From a virus, in UHGV virus genome UHGV-1368192: a DNA stretch of 64,000 bases. One strand, given 5' to 3'. Made by a program: the position numbers and the translations under genes. Positions 55,839-64,000 of this stretch are shown here, piece after piece. Numbering within the stretch: the first letter of the stretch is position 1; each line of letters opens with the position of its first letter. Under the pieces are notes generated by a model. The model ran no database searches and was not told the origin of the DNA. It saw only the letters and a list, made by a program, of their open reading frames with translations.

Positions 55839-56459
55839 CTAGTAGTTCTTACCGTGCTTGTAGGGGCGCATCTCATTGTAGCGCATCTTGACCTGGATGT
55901 GTTTCATCAGGTCAATACCCATAAGCTCAGCGATGATGTGGATCTCTGCGATGATGTGGCAGAAGGATCCTACGTTACCGAACTCAATGTCGATATTGCC
56001 AGCGTTTCGTACGATATACCATACGTGTGATGGCATAGACATTTCCTCGTAGGATTCCGTACGCCCCTCTTCCTCAAGAGTGCGCTTGATCTTCTGCTCG
56101 ATCATGATGAGCGAGTCTACGAGGTGTGTGCGCATCTCACTCTCTCCGTTGTTGGCCAGAGCGTCAAGCGCGCGGATGACTACGTCTGCAGCCTCGTCCT
56201 CCCAGTTGTTCTTGACCTCTTCCTCAAAGCGCTTCTTGAACTTCTCGTCGTCGGTCTCGTTGATCAGCTCGTCGAGATTGACCTTGGTGATGAGTCCTGC
56301 ACGGTGAGCATTGATCATCTCACCAAGCTCGGAGACGATCATCCCCTGGTAGTGGGATGGTGGAAGCTCCTCATCCCAGAAACCCTTGTTGACTGCGTTC
56401 TTGTGGATCTCAATGCCGATGAGGGCGAGATTACCCCAGTTAAATTCTCCTTGATACAT
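55839..56459 (-). CDS. MazG-like nucleotide pyrophosphohydrolase
   Basis: IVSELGEMINAHR and EDEAADVVIRALDALA match the MazG EExxE/D and EELGDVLWY blocks. The C-terminus has K..RY. Confidence 0.5.
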   Translation of the reverse strand: MYQGEFNWGNLALIGIEIHKNAVNKGFWDEELPPSHYQGMIVSELGEMINAHRAGLITKVNLDELINETDDEKFKKRFEEEVKNNWEDEAADVVIRALDALANNGESEMRTHLVDSLIMIEQKIKRTLEEEGRTESYEEMSMPSHVWYIVRNAGNIDIEFGNVGSFCHIIAEIHIIAELMGIDLMKHIQVKMRYNEMRPYKHGKNY

Positions 56460-56470
56460 GTTCTTACTTG

Positions 56471-57091
56471 TTATATTACGGTGATTTTCTCAGACAGCTC
56501 TTTGCTGTACTTGATCCTGATTAGTTTACCCTTTGTGATATGACTGCTATTTATTCGTCTCATCCTTACGGCGTCATCGACGAAGTTCTGAAGAGTCCTC
56601 TTTGAGTACATGACGATGTTTGAGAGAATGAACTGCACAGTACTATCGTCTTCTGTTCCCTTGAGTTTGATAACTCGATCGGCGTATAGCTCTGGGAACA
56701 CTGATGGGACGTACTGTTCAACTCCAAACTTCTCCATGTACTGGTCTATATACCACTGGTTGAACTCATAGGGCTTACCTATTCCTAGAGAGCACAGCTC
56801 TAGCATGTGGAATTGGCTCTGATGGGTCCAGTCTAGGTCAGGTTTGATTGGGATGGGCATGTGGTGCTCTCTCATTGCAAGGATGGATAACCCTATGGAT
56901 ATGACTCCATCCTTTACAGCTATCTCTATAGTCTTGCCTTCCCTATCAAAGTAGGCGCTGGGCATAAAGACCTCGAGCTTGAGCATCTCTCTTAGTTCTT
57001 GACTCTCTTCTTTGTTCTCTTCCTCAAGGGCTGCTAGCTGTGTTGCTAAGTTCCCGAAGAGAGCTATCCTTTCTTTCAGATCGCTATCCAT
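56471..57091 (-). CDS. hypothetical protein (206 aa)
   Basis: ORF only. Confidence 0.5.
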   Translation of the reverse strand: MDSDLKERIALFGNLATQLAALEEENKEESQELREMLKLEVFMPSAYFDREGKTIEIAVKDGVISIGLSILAMREHHMPIPIKPDLDWTHQSQFHMLELCSLGIGKPYEFNQWYIDQYMEKFGVEQYVPSVFPELYADRVIKLKGTEDDSTVQFILSNIVMYSKRTLQNFVDDAVRMRRINSSHITKGKLIRIKYSKELSEKITVI

Positions 57092-57093
57092 TA

Positions 57094-57675
57094 TTAGTCT
57101 GATATTAAGAACTCGTTGATGTAGATGTAGTCGTCAGTGCCCTTGTCGTACTCTTGGTCGTTGTTCCAACAGTCTACCTCTAAGAGCTCGCTGAAGGCGA
57201 TGCCGGTGAGCTTGTAGGCGATATCAAGGGCTTCATCCTCGGTCTTGACGTACTCGGTACCGATCTTGTCTCCTACCTTGTAGTCTACTCGGTATTGCTT
57301 TGGGAAATACTTTCCTTCCTTATCGTTAGTCTTGAGGATTCCACATTCACGCATGACCTCTCGATAGTAGATCTTGATACCCTTGAACTCCTCGGCTAGA
57401 CAGTGCATGAATTCTGATTTGCCGTACATCTCTTCCGTCTCAAGTCGTAGAGTGACTGGCGATTCGGACAGGTCCACCTCGATAGAGTTGAGGTAGGAGC
57501 GTGGGCATACGACTTGAGGGTCGCCCTTAACTGCGCCTAAGTCGTACAGCATACCACCAAGCCACGTATTGCCGTTGTTCTGCATGTACTTGTTGATAAC
57601 GCCATTGATGTATCCTAGGATCATCTCAGGTCCCTCGATGACATATGAGACCGATGAGTATCTTGCTGTATCCAT
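57094..57675 (-). CDS. hypothetical protein (193 aa)
   Basis: ORF only. Confidence 0.5.
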   Translation of the reverse strand: MDTARYSSVSYVIEGPEMILGYINGVINKYMQNNGNTWLGGMLYDLGAVKGDPQVVCPRSYLNSIEVDLSESPVTLRLETEEMYGKSEFMHCLAEEFKGIKIYYREVMRECGILKTNDKEGKYFPKQYRVDYKVGDKIGTEYVKTEDEALDIAYKLTGIAFSELLEVDCWNNDQEYDKGTDDYIYINEFLISD

Positions 57676-57722
57676 TGTTATGTTAGTTTGTATTTTGCTC
57701 TGTTGGCTTATTTCCGGCCCTG

Positions 57723-58127
57723 TTACGGCTTCAAATCTCCTCCCTGGACACTTGTACTACCGAGAGATTCTGCGGCCTCCTGAAGCTGTTCTACGCTTCT
57801 GGCCATAAAGAGGAGCTTTGATGAGGTGGTACCTGCGCTGTCGGTGACGAGGTAAAGACCGAAATAACTCTCGGCTTCCTCATTAGCATCGATGGCGTAT
57901 AGGACCTTATGGATGGGCGTGTCCTTGAGGAAGGTGATAAGACCAGGCTCGAAGTCTGTGTACTTTTTACCTTCATCTACCTGCCACAAGAGTGATGTCT
58001 CCGTCTTCTTCTCTTCTTCAAGCGTTCTTATGGCGAGTGCAGCCGCCCATATCACTAGTCCTATGAGGAAGAAGATGATTATGAATCTGAGTACTTCTTT
58101 CATTGTGCTTATACTAATAAAGCCCAC
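57723..58127 (-). CDS. membrane-anchored protein (N-terminal transmembrane helix, 134 aa)
   Basis: N-terminus LRFIIIFFLIGLVIWAAALAI. Confidence 0.45.
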   Translation of the reverse strand: MGFISISTMKEVLRFIIIFFLIGLVIWAAALAIRTLEEEKKTETSLLWQVDEGKKYTDFEPGLITFLKDTPIHKVLYAIDANEEAESYFGLYLVTDSAGTTSSKLLFMARSVEQLQEAAESLGSTSVQGGDLKP

Positions 58128-58158
58128 ACCACCGTGTTAGGGCGATGTGGGCGTACTG

Positions 58159-58764
58159 TTAGAGTTTGATGGTGTCTCTGATGATCTCCAACATGAGCTT
58201 CATATCTATGTAGCTCTCGTGTTCTGCTCGGACCCGATCGACGAAGTGATCCTTTGTAGATTCTTCTCGCCCTTTGACCTCATTCAGGACGTGCTCTGCA
58301 GCTTCCCTGATCTGTCTGAGCTGCTTCTTGGGATCTTTAGGAATCACAGGATTGTCCTCTTCCTCCTTGTCGTAGATGCTTTTGATCTTAGTCATAATGG
58401 TGTCAGCTACCTTAACCATCAGTCCTGAGTGCAGGTAGTTGGCTACGTTAAGGACGAAGTCCTTATCCTCTCGAGGGATACGATCCTGCGCACAGAAGGA
58501 TAGTACCTCTGCTATGTTGCGAGTATCGACTTTCTTACCTCGGTCCTTTGGATCCTTCTTGAGATCCTTGAGCAACTCGCGTCGTGCGTAGTCAATGGCC
58601 TTGAGGAGATCCTCCTTACCACCCTTGTCACGGAAGCGGATTACGTACTTGAGGATACATCCCTCTGCGAAAGAGAGGTTGAGGTTCTCGATGAGATCCA
58701 GAGGTTGGTAGTCGTAACCTTTGTAGTGTTCTCCTCCTACCTGGATTGATTCTAGTTTATCCAT
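58159..58764 (-). CDS. DUF3310-like protein, paralog 1
   Basis: GEHYKGYDYQPLDLI...GCILKYVIRFRDKGGKEDLLKAIDYA fits the DUF3310 HYK...IKY..R...K.G..DL.KA pattern. Confidence 0.45.
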   Translation of the reverse strand: MDKLESIQVGGEHYKGYDYQPLDLIENLNLSFAEGCILKYVIRFRDKGGKEDLLKAIDYARRELLKDLKKDPKDRGKKVDTRNIAEVLSFCAQDRIPREDKDFVLNVANYLHSGLMVKVADTIMTKIKSIYDKEEEDNPVIPKDPKKQLRQIREAAEHVLNEVKGREESTKDHFVDRVRAEHESYIDMKLMLEIIRDTIKL

Positions 58765-58988
58765 GTCTTACTTGTTGTTGTTGGTTCGTTGATGATGCCT
58801 TCTTTAGTTCTCTTTACATAGATGCCTGCGTCATCTATGTATTCTTTCAGATCCCTTAGCTCCTGGATTGATGGGTACCTATTCTCAAACTCACATTGAT
58901 CTATGAGTTGATTTAGGTTACACCTCAGGACAGTGAGCATATTAGATGCGTCACTAAGGTTGGCCAGGATTACTTCTTTTGTACTCAT
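58752..58988 (-). CDS. hypothetical small protein (78 aa)
   Basis: ORF only. Confidence 0.4.
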   Translation of the reverse strand: MSTKEVILANLSDASNMLTVLRCNLNQLIDQCEFENRYPSIQELRDLKEYIDDAGIYVKRTKEGIINEPTTTSKTWIN

Positions 58989-59395
58989 TCCTGTTCGTGC
59001 GTTGGGTACTCTATCTTCATCTGCATATCGATAAGGTGAGCAAGCTCTCTCATCTGGTAGTTGCAGATAAGGGTGATTGCGATTATGAGGAAGGTTTGAG
59101 TTTCTCTGTCAAACTGCTCCTGTATGATAAAGGCGAATGTATTTGGCAGGTTAGGGTTTTCCGCTAGTACTTCCCCATAGTTACACTGGCTTGCTTTCTT
59201 GCTGTTTAACCCTATCTCAGCGTAGTGCTTAGCCTTCTTCAGGTCCTGAAGGCCATTCTTCTTCCGGTATCGTACGAGATATTTGAGGATGTTACCCTGG
59301 ATGAAGTCGAACTTCATATCCATGATGTACTTCACAGGCTCGTACTTGTACCCCTTGTAGTGGGACTCGCCTTGGTAGTTGTCGTTCTTTTCCAT
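58985..59395 (-). CDS. DUF3310-like protein, paralog 2
   Basis: GESHYKGYKYEPVKYI...GNILKYLVRYRKKNGLQDLKKAKHYA. Confidence 0.45.
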   Translation of the reverse strand: MEKNDNYQGESHYKGYKYEPVKYIMDMKFDFIQGNILKYLVRYRKKNGLQDLKKAKHYAEIGLNSKKASQCNYGEVLAENPNLPNTFAFIIQEQFDRETQTFLIIAITLICNYQMRELAHLIDMQMKIEYPTHEQE

Positions 59396-59397
59396 TG

Positions 59398-59961
59398 TTA
59401 CTCTTCTCCTTTGGTGAGTTGAATTAGTTCTTCGTCTAGGTCGATGTCAAATGTCCATCCGATATTGAATAGGAATTTCAGCGCCATCAGCGTATCCTTT
59501 GCGTTACACATGCTTCTATACACAGCGGCTACAAGCTCCGACTCAAACTCAAAGGACTGGAGGTGTTCCTTCATCTTAGGACTTTCTACAGACTCCTTGT
59601 TGTAAATCATAGGGAGAATCATAGAGTAGACCATAGATGACATTACGACCGATTCTGTTAGCTCTATATTGTGAACCACAGTCTCGGCAACCTTGATTAG
59701 GTTGAGCTTTAGGATCTTCTTTGCTTTATCTTGATCCTCTATTGTTTCGCTCTTACAAATGAACTTTATTAAGTTCAGGATGATTCCGATGCTCAGAGCT
59801 GCTGATCTCGTAGCGTCAGCTGTAGGTCTAATCATATCCTTGGCCTTGTAGATGCGTATTGCATCAGCCACCTCTACGAATCGACCTCGAAGCATAGCCT
59901 GTCCTTCTGAGGCTGGGATATCTGCGTTCTCAATGCAGATCTGTCTTGCTGTCTTGTTCAT
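59398..59961 (-). CDS. hypothetical protein (187 aa)
   Basis: ORF only. Confidence 0.5.
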   Translation of the reverse strand: MNKTARQICIENADIPASEGQAMLRGRFVEVADAIRIYKAKDMIRPTADATRSAALSIGIILNLIKFICKSETIEDQDKAKKILKLNLIKVAETVVHNIELTESVVMSSMVYSMILPMIYNKESVESPKMKEHLQSFEFESELVAAVYRSMCNAKDTLMALKFLFNIGWTFDIDLDEELIQLTKGEE

Positions 59962-59962
59962 A

Positions 59963-60694
59963 CTATTCTTGCTTTACTGATTTTCTATTCTTTCTTCGTT
60001 CTACCATCTTATCCTCTGTACGTAGGACCGAGAGGAGGAGCATCATCGTAGCTTCTTTCGTGAGCTGCTTAGGACTGGCATCCTTATCATCCCTATCCCA
60101 GAAGTGATGGTACATGAGGAGACCAGGACCTGATGATTCAATAGATAGCACTCTCTCCGTTCTGATGAAGTAGTCTACCTGCCTATCCGTCCCTGGATGG
60201 ATCTTAGCGTGTAGTACGCCATCGACCTCATAGTACTCAGGGATGACGACATTGAGCTCTACCTGTCTCTTCATCTCCTCAGGATCGTACTGGGTAGGCA
60301 TAACAGCATACTTCCATTCCCAGAAGCGATCTACAAGGATATTGAACGTTACCTCCCTGATCCTCTGTCGTACGTAGTTCTTATCTATAGAGCTCGTTCT
60401 GAAGCTGGCGTGGTCAAACTCTGCCATAAAGGAGTAGTTCACGTATGCAGCTGCTATGTGAGATGCGGCGTATGGCCCCCTGAAGAACGTCAGGTGTACT
60501 CTACGCTCGTTCTCACCACTCAGTCTTTCCTCAGTGTGCTGGATGTAGTAACAGTACTTCTTACTGTTGTTAGGTACTATGAGGTATATGGCCTTGAGTT
60601 CGTACGCATAATAGCGATACGGCCAGTTGAGCTTGCATCTTGAGGGTAGCTCCACTAGCTTGTTCATAAGCCCCTCAGCGGTCTTTCTGTCCAT
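59963..60694 (-). CDS. hypothetical protein (243 aa)
   Basis: ORF only. Confidence 0.5.
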   Translation of the reverse strand: MDRKTAEGLMNKLVELPSRCKLNWPYRYYAYELKAIYLIVPNNSKKYCYYIQHTEERLSGENERRVHLTFFRGPYAASHIAAAYVNYSFMAEFDHASFRTSSIDKNYVRQRIREVTFNILVDRFWEWKYAVMPTQYDPEEMKRQVELNVVIPEYYEVDGVLHAKIHPGTDRQVDYFIRTERVLSIESSGPGLLMYHHFWDRDDKDASPKQLTKEATMMLLLSVLRTEDKMVERRKNRKSVKQE

Positions 60695-60906
60695 TACTTG
60701 TGATTCTTAGTTAGTCGTTCTACTGTACCGAGCATGGCAGCTGCTACGGCGAAGAGTGTGGCGTAACCGATCACCTGACCGATAAACCACAGGAAGATGT
60801 TGATATCCTCTTCCTTCCAGCCGTAAGTGAGCGTGAGGAAGAGAATACCAAAGATTGATATCACTACTGATAGTGCGTACTGAGCGTTGTTGAGATATGG
60901 CTTCAT
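60694..60906 (-). CDS. small membrane protein (70 aa, two transmembrane helices)
   Basis: ORF. A TACCTTTG box lies 20 nt upstream. Confidence 0.45.
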   Translation of the reverse strand: MKPYLNNAQYALSVVISIFGILFLTLTYGWKEEDINIFLWFIGQVIGYATLFAVAAAMLGTVERLTKNHK

Positions 60907-60925
60907 AATCGTATTGTTGTTGTTG

Positions 60926-60933
60926 CAAAGGTA
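60926..60933 (-). promoter_or_regulatory. Bacteroidetes-type -7 box TACCTTTG
   Basis: The plus strand reads CAAAGGTA. It lies 20 nt upstream of the ATG at 60906, at the edge of a 430 nt non-coding stretch. Confidence 0.45.
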
Positions 60934-61340
60934 CCCCCATTCTTTTAGGCCGTAAAGGTCCTAAGGCGTAATGCGCTAAGAATACCTACTGGTTATACTA
61001 TCTTCTCCTCAGGAGCTTTTCCTCAAGCCCCTGTTAGCTTGCTAGCTCATGCTAGCTCTTATATGTGTGTGTTGGTCTTATGGTATAGCGTCCTATGGTA
61101 AAGCGCAGGGTCTGATGTTCATATAGTACGCCGCCTTCCCTATTTCTCTCTTCCTCAGACGACAATGCCACCACCTTACAAATGGCAGGCCGTACAAAGA
61201 GAACGGAAGGTAAGACGTACTATGTGAACACCCCTACTACAATCGGCAGGTGCGAAGCCGGAGTTTCCAACAGCTCCACACGCCGGTCGTATTAACCCTG
61301 TACTCGGCTATAGGCGCGTAGCACTTATAGACCGCTTATA

Positions 61341-61368
61341 CAAAAAAGACCTCCCTAAGGAGGTCTTT
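61341..61368 (-). terminator. rho-independent terminator (minus strand)
   Basis: Read on the minus strand: AGACCTCC ttag GGAGGTCT followed by TTTTTTG. It lies directly downstream of the stop of 61374..61676. Confidence 0.75.
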
Positions 61369-61373
61369 GCGCT

Positions 61374-61676
61374 TTACGCCTTGTAAAGGACGATGGTCTG
61401 GTGAGTCTGCTCGTGCGGTACAGGTCCGCAATAGACAGTGGCTCCCCAGCCAATGGTAGTCCCACGGAGTGGCTCTACAGGCTTCTCCGTGGTGAAGTCA
61501 AGACACATACGTGCTGTGTCCTGGTCGTAATAGACGAGCTGACGCTTGACCCCAGCCTTGCGTACAAGGTCTAAGAAGTCGCGTAGCATCTGATTCCCAG
61601 CGGAAACGATATCAATCGCCTCAATGACCGAAGTCACTGAGGGATTGAGTTCGTCCAAGATGACCATCTGACGCAT
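61374..61676 (-). CDS. hypothetical protein (100 aa)
   Basis: ORF followed by a strong terminator. Confidence 0.5.
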   Translation of the reverse strand: MRQMVILDELNPSVTSVIEAIDIVSAGNQMLRDFLDLVRKAGVKRQLVYYDQDTARMCLDFTTEKPVEPLRGTTIGWGATVYCGPVPHEQTHQTIVLYKA

Positions 61677-61686
61677 AGCTGTAAGG

Positions 61687-62184
61687 CTATAAGAAGTTCA
61701 TCTTGTAGCGTGGGTCAGCCTCGTAGTTGCCGATGAACAGGTTGTACCCGGCAGGCTGATTGTCTACGATGCGCATCTGGAGGTTCACGTGGAACACCTG
61801 ACCTGTCTGCTGCGTAAGGGCGATAGCATCCTCGAAGACCTGAGGGCCTTCCTTGGTGCCATTAACCCATACAGCGGTAGGCTTGCCATCTACGCTGATG
61901 AAGGCCTGCTGGCGGTCGCCATACTGAGTCTTCATCACAAACGTACTGAGCACGCCGAGCTTCTTGAGGTCAGCCATCTGCGTAAGCTCTACGGACTTAG
62001 CCGTAACCGTATATGCGCGTGGGCGCTCTACTACGGTCTCAACAGCCTCCTCAAAAGGATTGACTGGAGTAGCTTCAGTAGCTTCAACGCCGTCTACGTG
62101 CATACCCTGAACTTCGGCGTTGTTAAGTTCAGTTGCGATGTTGTTCTGTGCAGCTTCAGCTGCGATCTTCGTCTTGCGAGCCAT
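61687..62184 (-). CDS. hypothetical protein (165 aa; start revised to MARKTKIAAE..)
   Basis: The track ORF extends to 62412 through a 66 % GC region, giving an R/P-rich junk N-terminus. The ATG at 62184 starts the compositionally normal part. Confidence 0.5.
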   Translation of the reverse strand: MARKTKIAAEAAQNNIATELNNAEVQGMHVDGVEATEATPVNPFEEAVETVVERPRAYTVTAKSVELTQMADLKKLGVLSTFVMKTQYGDRQQAFISVDGKPTAVWVNGTKEGPQVFEDAIALTQQTGQVFHVNLQMRIVDNQPAGYNLFIGNYEADPRYKMNFL

Positions 62185-62205
62185 AATTCTTATTCGCGTT
62201 AGAAG

Positions 62206-62527
62206 TGATGCTCCCTTCCCACCGTGGGTCGGGTAGCGGCGGTCCTTAGAGCGGACCACACTTGGTGAACCGGAGTCAACCGGCGGTACCTGCAGTTCCG
62301 TGCAGGCGGTAGAGACGTGGCGATGCTTCGCACCGGCAATGTAGAGGCCGGGAGGATGGCGAAGGCGGAGCCACGGACGGCAGAAAGCCCCGACAAGGGA
62401 TATCCCCCGCAAGCGGCAGGGCTACCAGCCGGAGGTCGCCAGCCGGAGGAACACCCGCCAGGGTGCAGGCGTAAGCCCACAACCCTGACAAGGGATATCC
62501 CCCGACGTTCGGCCGAAGGCCGCAGGG
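62206..62527. repeat. GC-rich (about 66 %) non-coding island with internal direct repeats
   Basis: The 18 nt repeat GACAAGGGATATCCCCCG occurs at 62392-62409 and 62488-62505. The tandem CCAGCCGGAGG occurs at 62425-62435 and 62439-62449. Short hairpins are GGTCC..GGACC and CGGCC gaa GGCCG. The island is flanked by GTTAGAAG at 62198-62205 and 62528-62535. Confidence 0.5.
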
Positions 62528-62528
62528 G

Positions 62529-63110
62529 TTAGAAGATGCGGCTGGCCTGACGGTAGAGGTACAGGCGAGCACACAGGAGAGGGTCGGAGATGCCGACGTA
62601 GTAACAGACGGAGACAACAACACGTAGTGCCTTGGCTTCGGCTCTTGTGCTATAGTCGTCCGACTTCCTCAGCTCATCCAGGGCTATAGCACCATTGCGT
62701 AGGAGACTCTCCTTGCCGTGGTAGGGAGCCGTCACGAAGATGCTGTTCAGCCACAGAGCGCCGCTCTCTTTCTTGCTTATGCGTAAGATGAGGTGTGCGA
62801 TAGCACCACCCATCAGGACGTAGAAGGAGGGAAGAGAGCTTGCTACCTTCCTCAGGTACCCATACTTGCGTACGCGATTGTCGAGGATGTCACGCAAGAG
62901 CGTAGCTTTCTTCTGGCTGGGCTGTGCCCACTTAATGATTAGACATAGGACGAACTGTAGGATGCGTGCCTTGCTCATCAGCTTGACGATGGCTTCGTAA
63001 GCAAGGCGGTAGTTAGTTACTGCGCTATCCTTGGTGCCGGCATTGTGGATGGCCGTGTTAGCGAGGTTGATGATAGCGGTGATCTCGTTGTTGACGTTGA
63101 TAGTATTCAT
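62529..63110 (-). CDS. hypothetical protein (193 aa)
   Basis: ORF. Its stop codon lies within the right copy of the 8 bp repeat. Confidence 0.5.
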   Translation of the reverse strand: MNTINVNNEITAIINLANTAIHNAGTKDSAVTNYRLAYEAIVKLMSKARILQFVLCLIIKWAQPSQKKATLLRDILDNRVRKYGYLRKVASSLPSFYVLMGGAIAHLILRISKKESGALWLNSIFVTAPYHGKESLLRNGAIALDELRKSDDYSTRAEAKALRVVVSVCYYVGISDPLLCARLYLYRQASRIF

Positions 63111-63194
63111 ATCTGTAGGTGTTGTGCCGTTAGGCGGTTATTGTTAAGTATGATAAAGTCACCTCCCCCGGTGTGGGGAAGGTGACTGCTGTTA

Positions 63195-63611
63195 TTAGAA
63201 GGGGAGAACGTGAGGATCTTGAGGTCTTACAGGATTTGGATCAAGGCTAGCACAGAAGACTATATGATCATCTATCTCTTCCTCAGGAGAATACGCATAA
63301 GACATCTCAATCTCCTGATCAATCTCAAAGTTCTCGATATCCACACTTATTAGAGCGGCATAGATAGCTCGATAATCATCCTCTGTGGCATATTCGACAA
63401 TGGCATCATATAGAGCCTTGTCCCGAACTTTAGCACAACACAGGACAATAGCCTTCACTGTGCCCATATACCCACTCGGACAGCCAATCATATCATCAGC
63501 ATCAGCAACATAGCTGTAGGCGTATATCTTACACGCCAGCTGATAATAATTATCAAAGCTAAGGTTAGACAGAAGGACGGACGATTCACGGAGGGTCTTG
63601 ATTGCTTCCAT
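63195..63611 (-). CDS. hypothetical acidic protein (138 aa)
   Basis: ORF only. Confidence 0.5.
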   Translation of the reverse strand: MEAIKTLRESSVLLSNLSFDNYYQLACKIYAYSYVADADDMIGCPSGYMGTVKAIVLCCAKVRDKALYDAIVEYATEDDYRAIYAALISVDIENFEIDQEIEMSYAYSPEEEIDDHIVFCASLDPNPVRPQDPHVLPF

Positions 63612-64000
63612 TGTAGTAAGGTGTTAGGAAGTGAAACAATAATGAACACCACCCCAACCGGGATGGTGTACGACAGAACAATAAGGCAACAACAGCTAAG
63701 TATAGCCGTAGCATCAGCACAGATATACACCCGCAGAAAGGCAGAAAGGCGGAGAAAGAGTCCAGCCCCTACCCCACGTCTTCCCATTAGGGCCGTCATC
63801 ACAACAGCTATTCTGGGTGTTGTTGTCTTGATCACACGGATTGCCGTGCGCAGAGAGGGTGTATTATCTCCTGAGGAAAGGAGAGGTCGTACTACACCCT
63901 TGATATGGAGCTGGGCTATACCCCTTGCTGAGCTGCACTGTGGACTTGGTGTCCTTGATGCTTGTACCCTGGCCAGCGTCCTGCACTGGTGAAGTGTACA

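Noticed and set aside
61687-62412. Track ORF of 241 aa extending through the GC-rich island
   Set aside because: The first 76 residues are R/P/G-rich junk, as produced by stop-poor GC-rich non-coding DNA. An internal ATG at 62184 gives a compositionally normal protein.
62392-62505. Possible CRISPR array (two copies of an 18 nt repeat)
   Set aside because: There are only two repeats with a 96 bp period and a 78 nt spacer. No further repeats and no cas genes occur. It is better described as iteron-like direct repeats.
62198-62535. GC island as an attP carrying the 3' end of a host tRNA
   Set aside because: No integrase or recombinase gene is in the window. No tRNA-like T-arm or acceptor sequence is in the island. 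Kept only as a remote possibility.
62199-62623. Three overlapping ORFs (62199..62480 -, 62276..62623 -, 62317..62532 +) in the GC island
   Set aside because: All three frames are open because of GC richness. The translations are low complexity (P/A/G/R runs) and mutually exclusive.
63488-64000. ORFs 63488..63835 (-) and 63621..63992 (+) at the window end
   Set aside because: Both translations are low complexity and overlap each other and gene 63195..63611. A minus-strand frame entering from beyond the window (..QDAGQGTSIKDTKSTVQLSKGYSPAPYQG..stop near 63870) may be the real 3' end of an unseen gene, but it cannot be supported from this window.
1-64000. GAGGAAG/CTTCCTC enrichment as a restriction or methylation target
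   Set aside because: Restriction targets are normally depleted, not enriched. Much of the coding-region excess is explained by Glu-Glu codon pairs. Only the intergenic and hairpin copies are treated as a finding.

Overview
This window reads as a tightly packed double-stranded DNA phage genome segment. The gene content and layout resemble a crAss-like (Crassvirales-type) podophage of a Bacteroidota host, but that placement is inference from the sequence alone.

Coordinates 1-17128 form a rightward block of virion or ejection proteins. These include a 1376 aa fibre-like protein and a 2602 aa giant protein carrying an HEAMH zincin motif. Coordinates 17208-29827 carry two leftward giant genes of 1583 aa and 2623 aa. 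The 2623 aa protein contains a DFDVD motif and is a candidate virion-packaged RNA polymerase.

From 29.9 kb to the window end almost every gene runs leftward with 0-20 nt spacers or small overlaps. This part holds:
- a ThyX-like protein that lacks the canonical RHR motif;
- a winged-helix regulator with a palindromic operator pair;
- an array of five diverged ArdA-like anti-restriction paralogs plus a YopX-like protein;
- a replication and recombination module (PD-(D/E)XK exonuclease, small nuclease, TOPRIM primase, SSB-like protein with DDDPF tails, P-loop ATPase, DnaB-like helicase, DExH SF2 helicase);
- a MazG-like pyrophosphohydrolase, DUF3310-like paralogs, several small membrane proteins, and three small paralog families.

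The non-coding content is unusual:
- a tRNA-Arg(CCT) gene;
- a roughly 560 nt ORF-free structured region next to that tRNA, sitting downstream of an exact TACCTTTG Bacteroidetes-type -7 box;
- a 330 bp island of about 66 % GC that contains direct repeats and is flanked by an 8 bp direct repeat;
- a recurring CCTGAGGAAGRGAGA motif and hairpins built on TGAGGAAG;
- several rho-independent terminators.

I found no major capsid protein, portal, terminase, DNA polymerase, integrase, CRISPR array or reverse transcriptase in this window.
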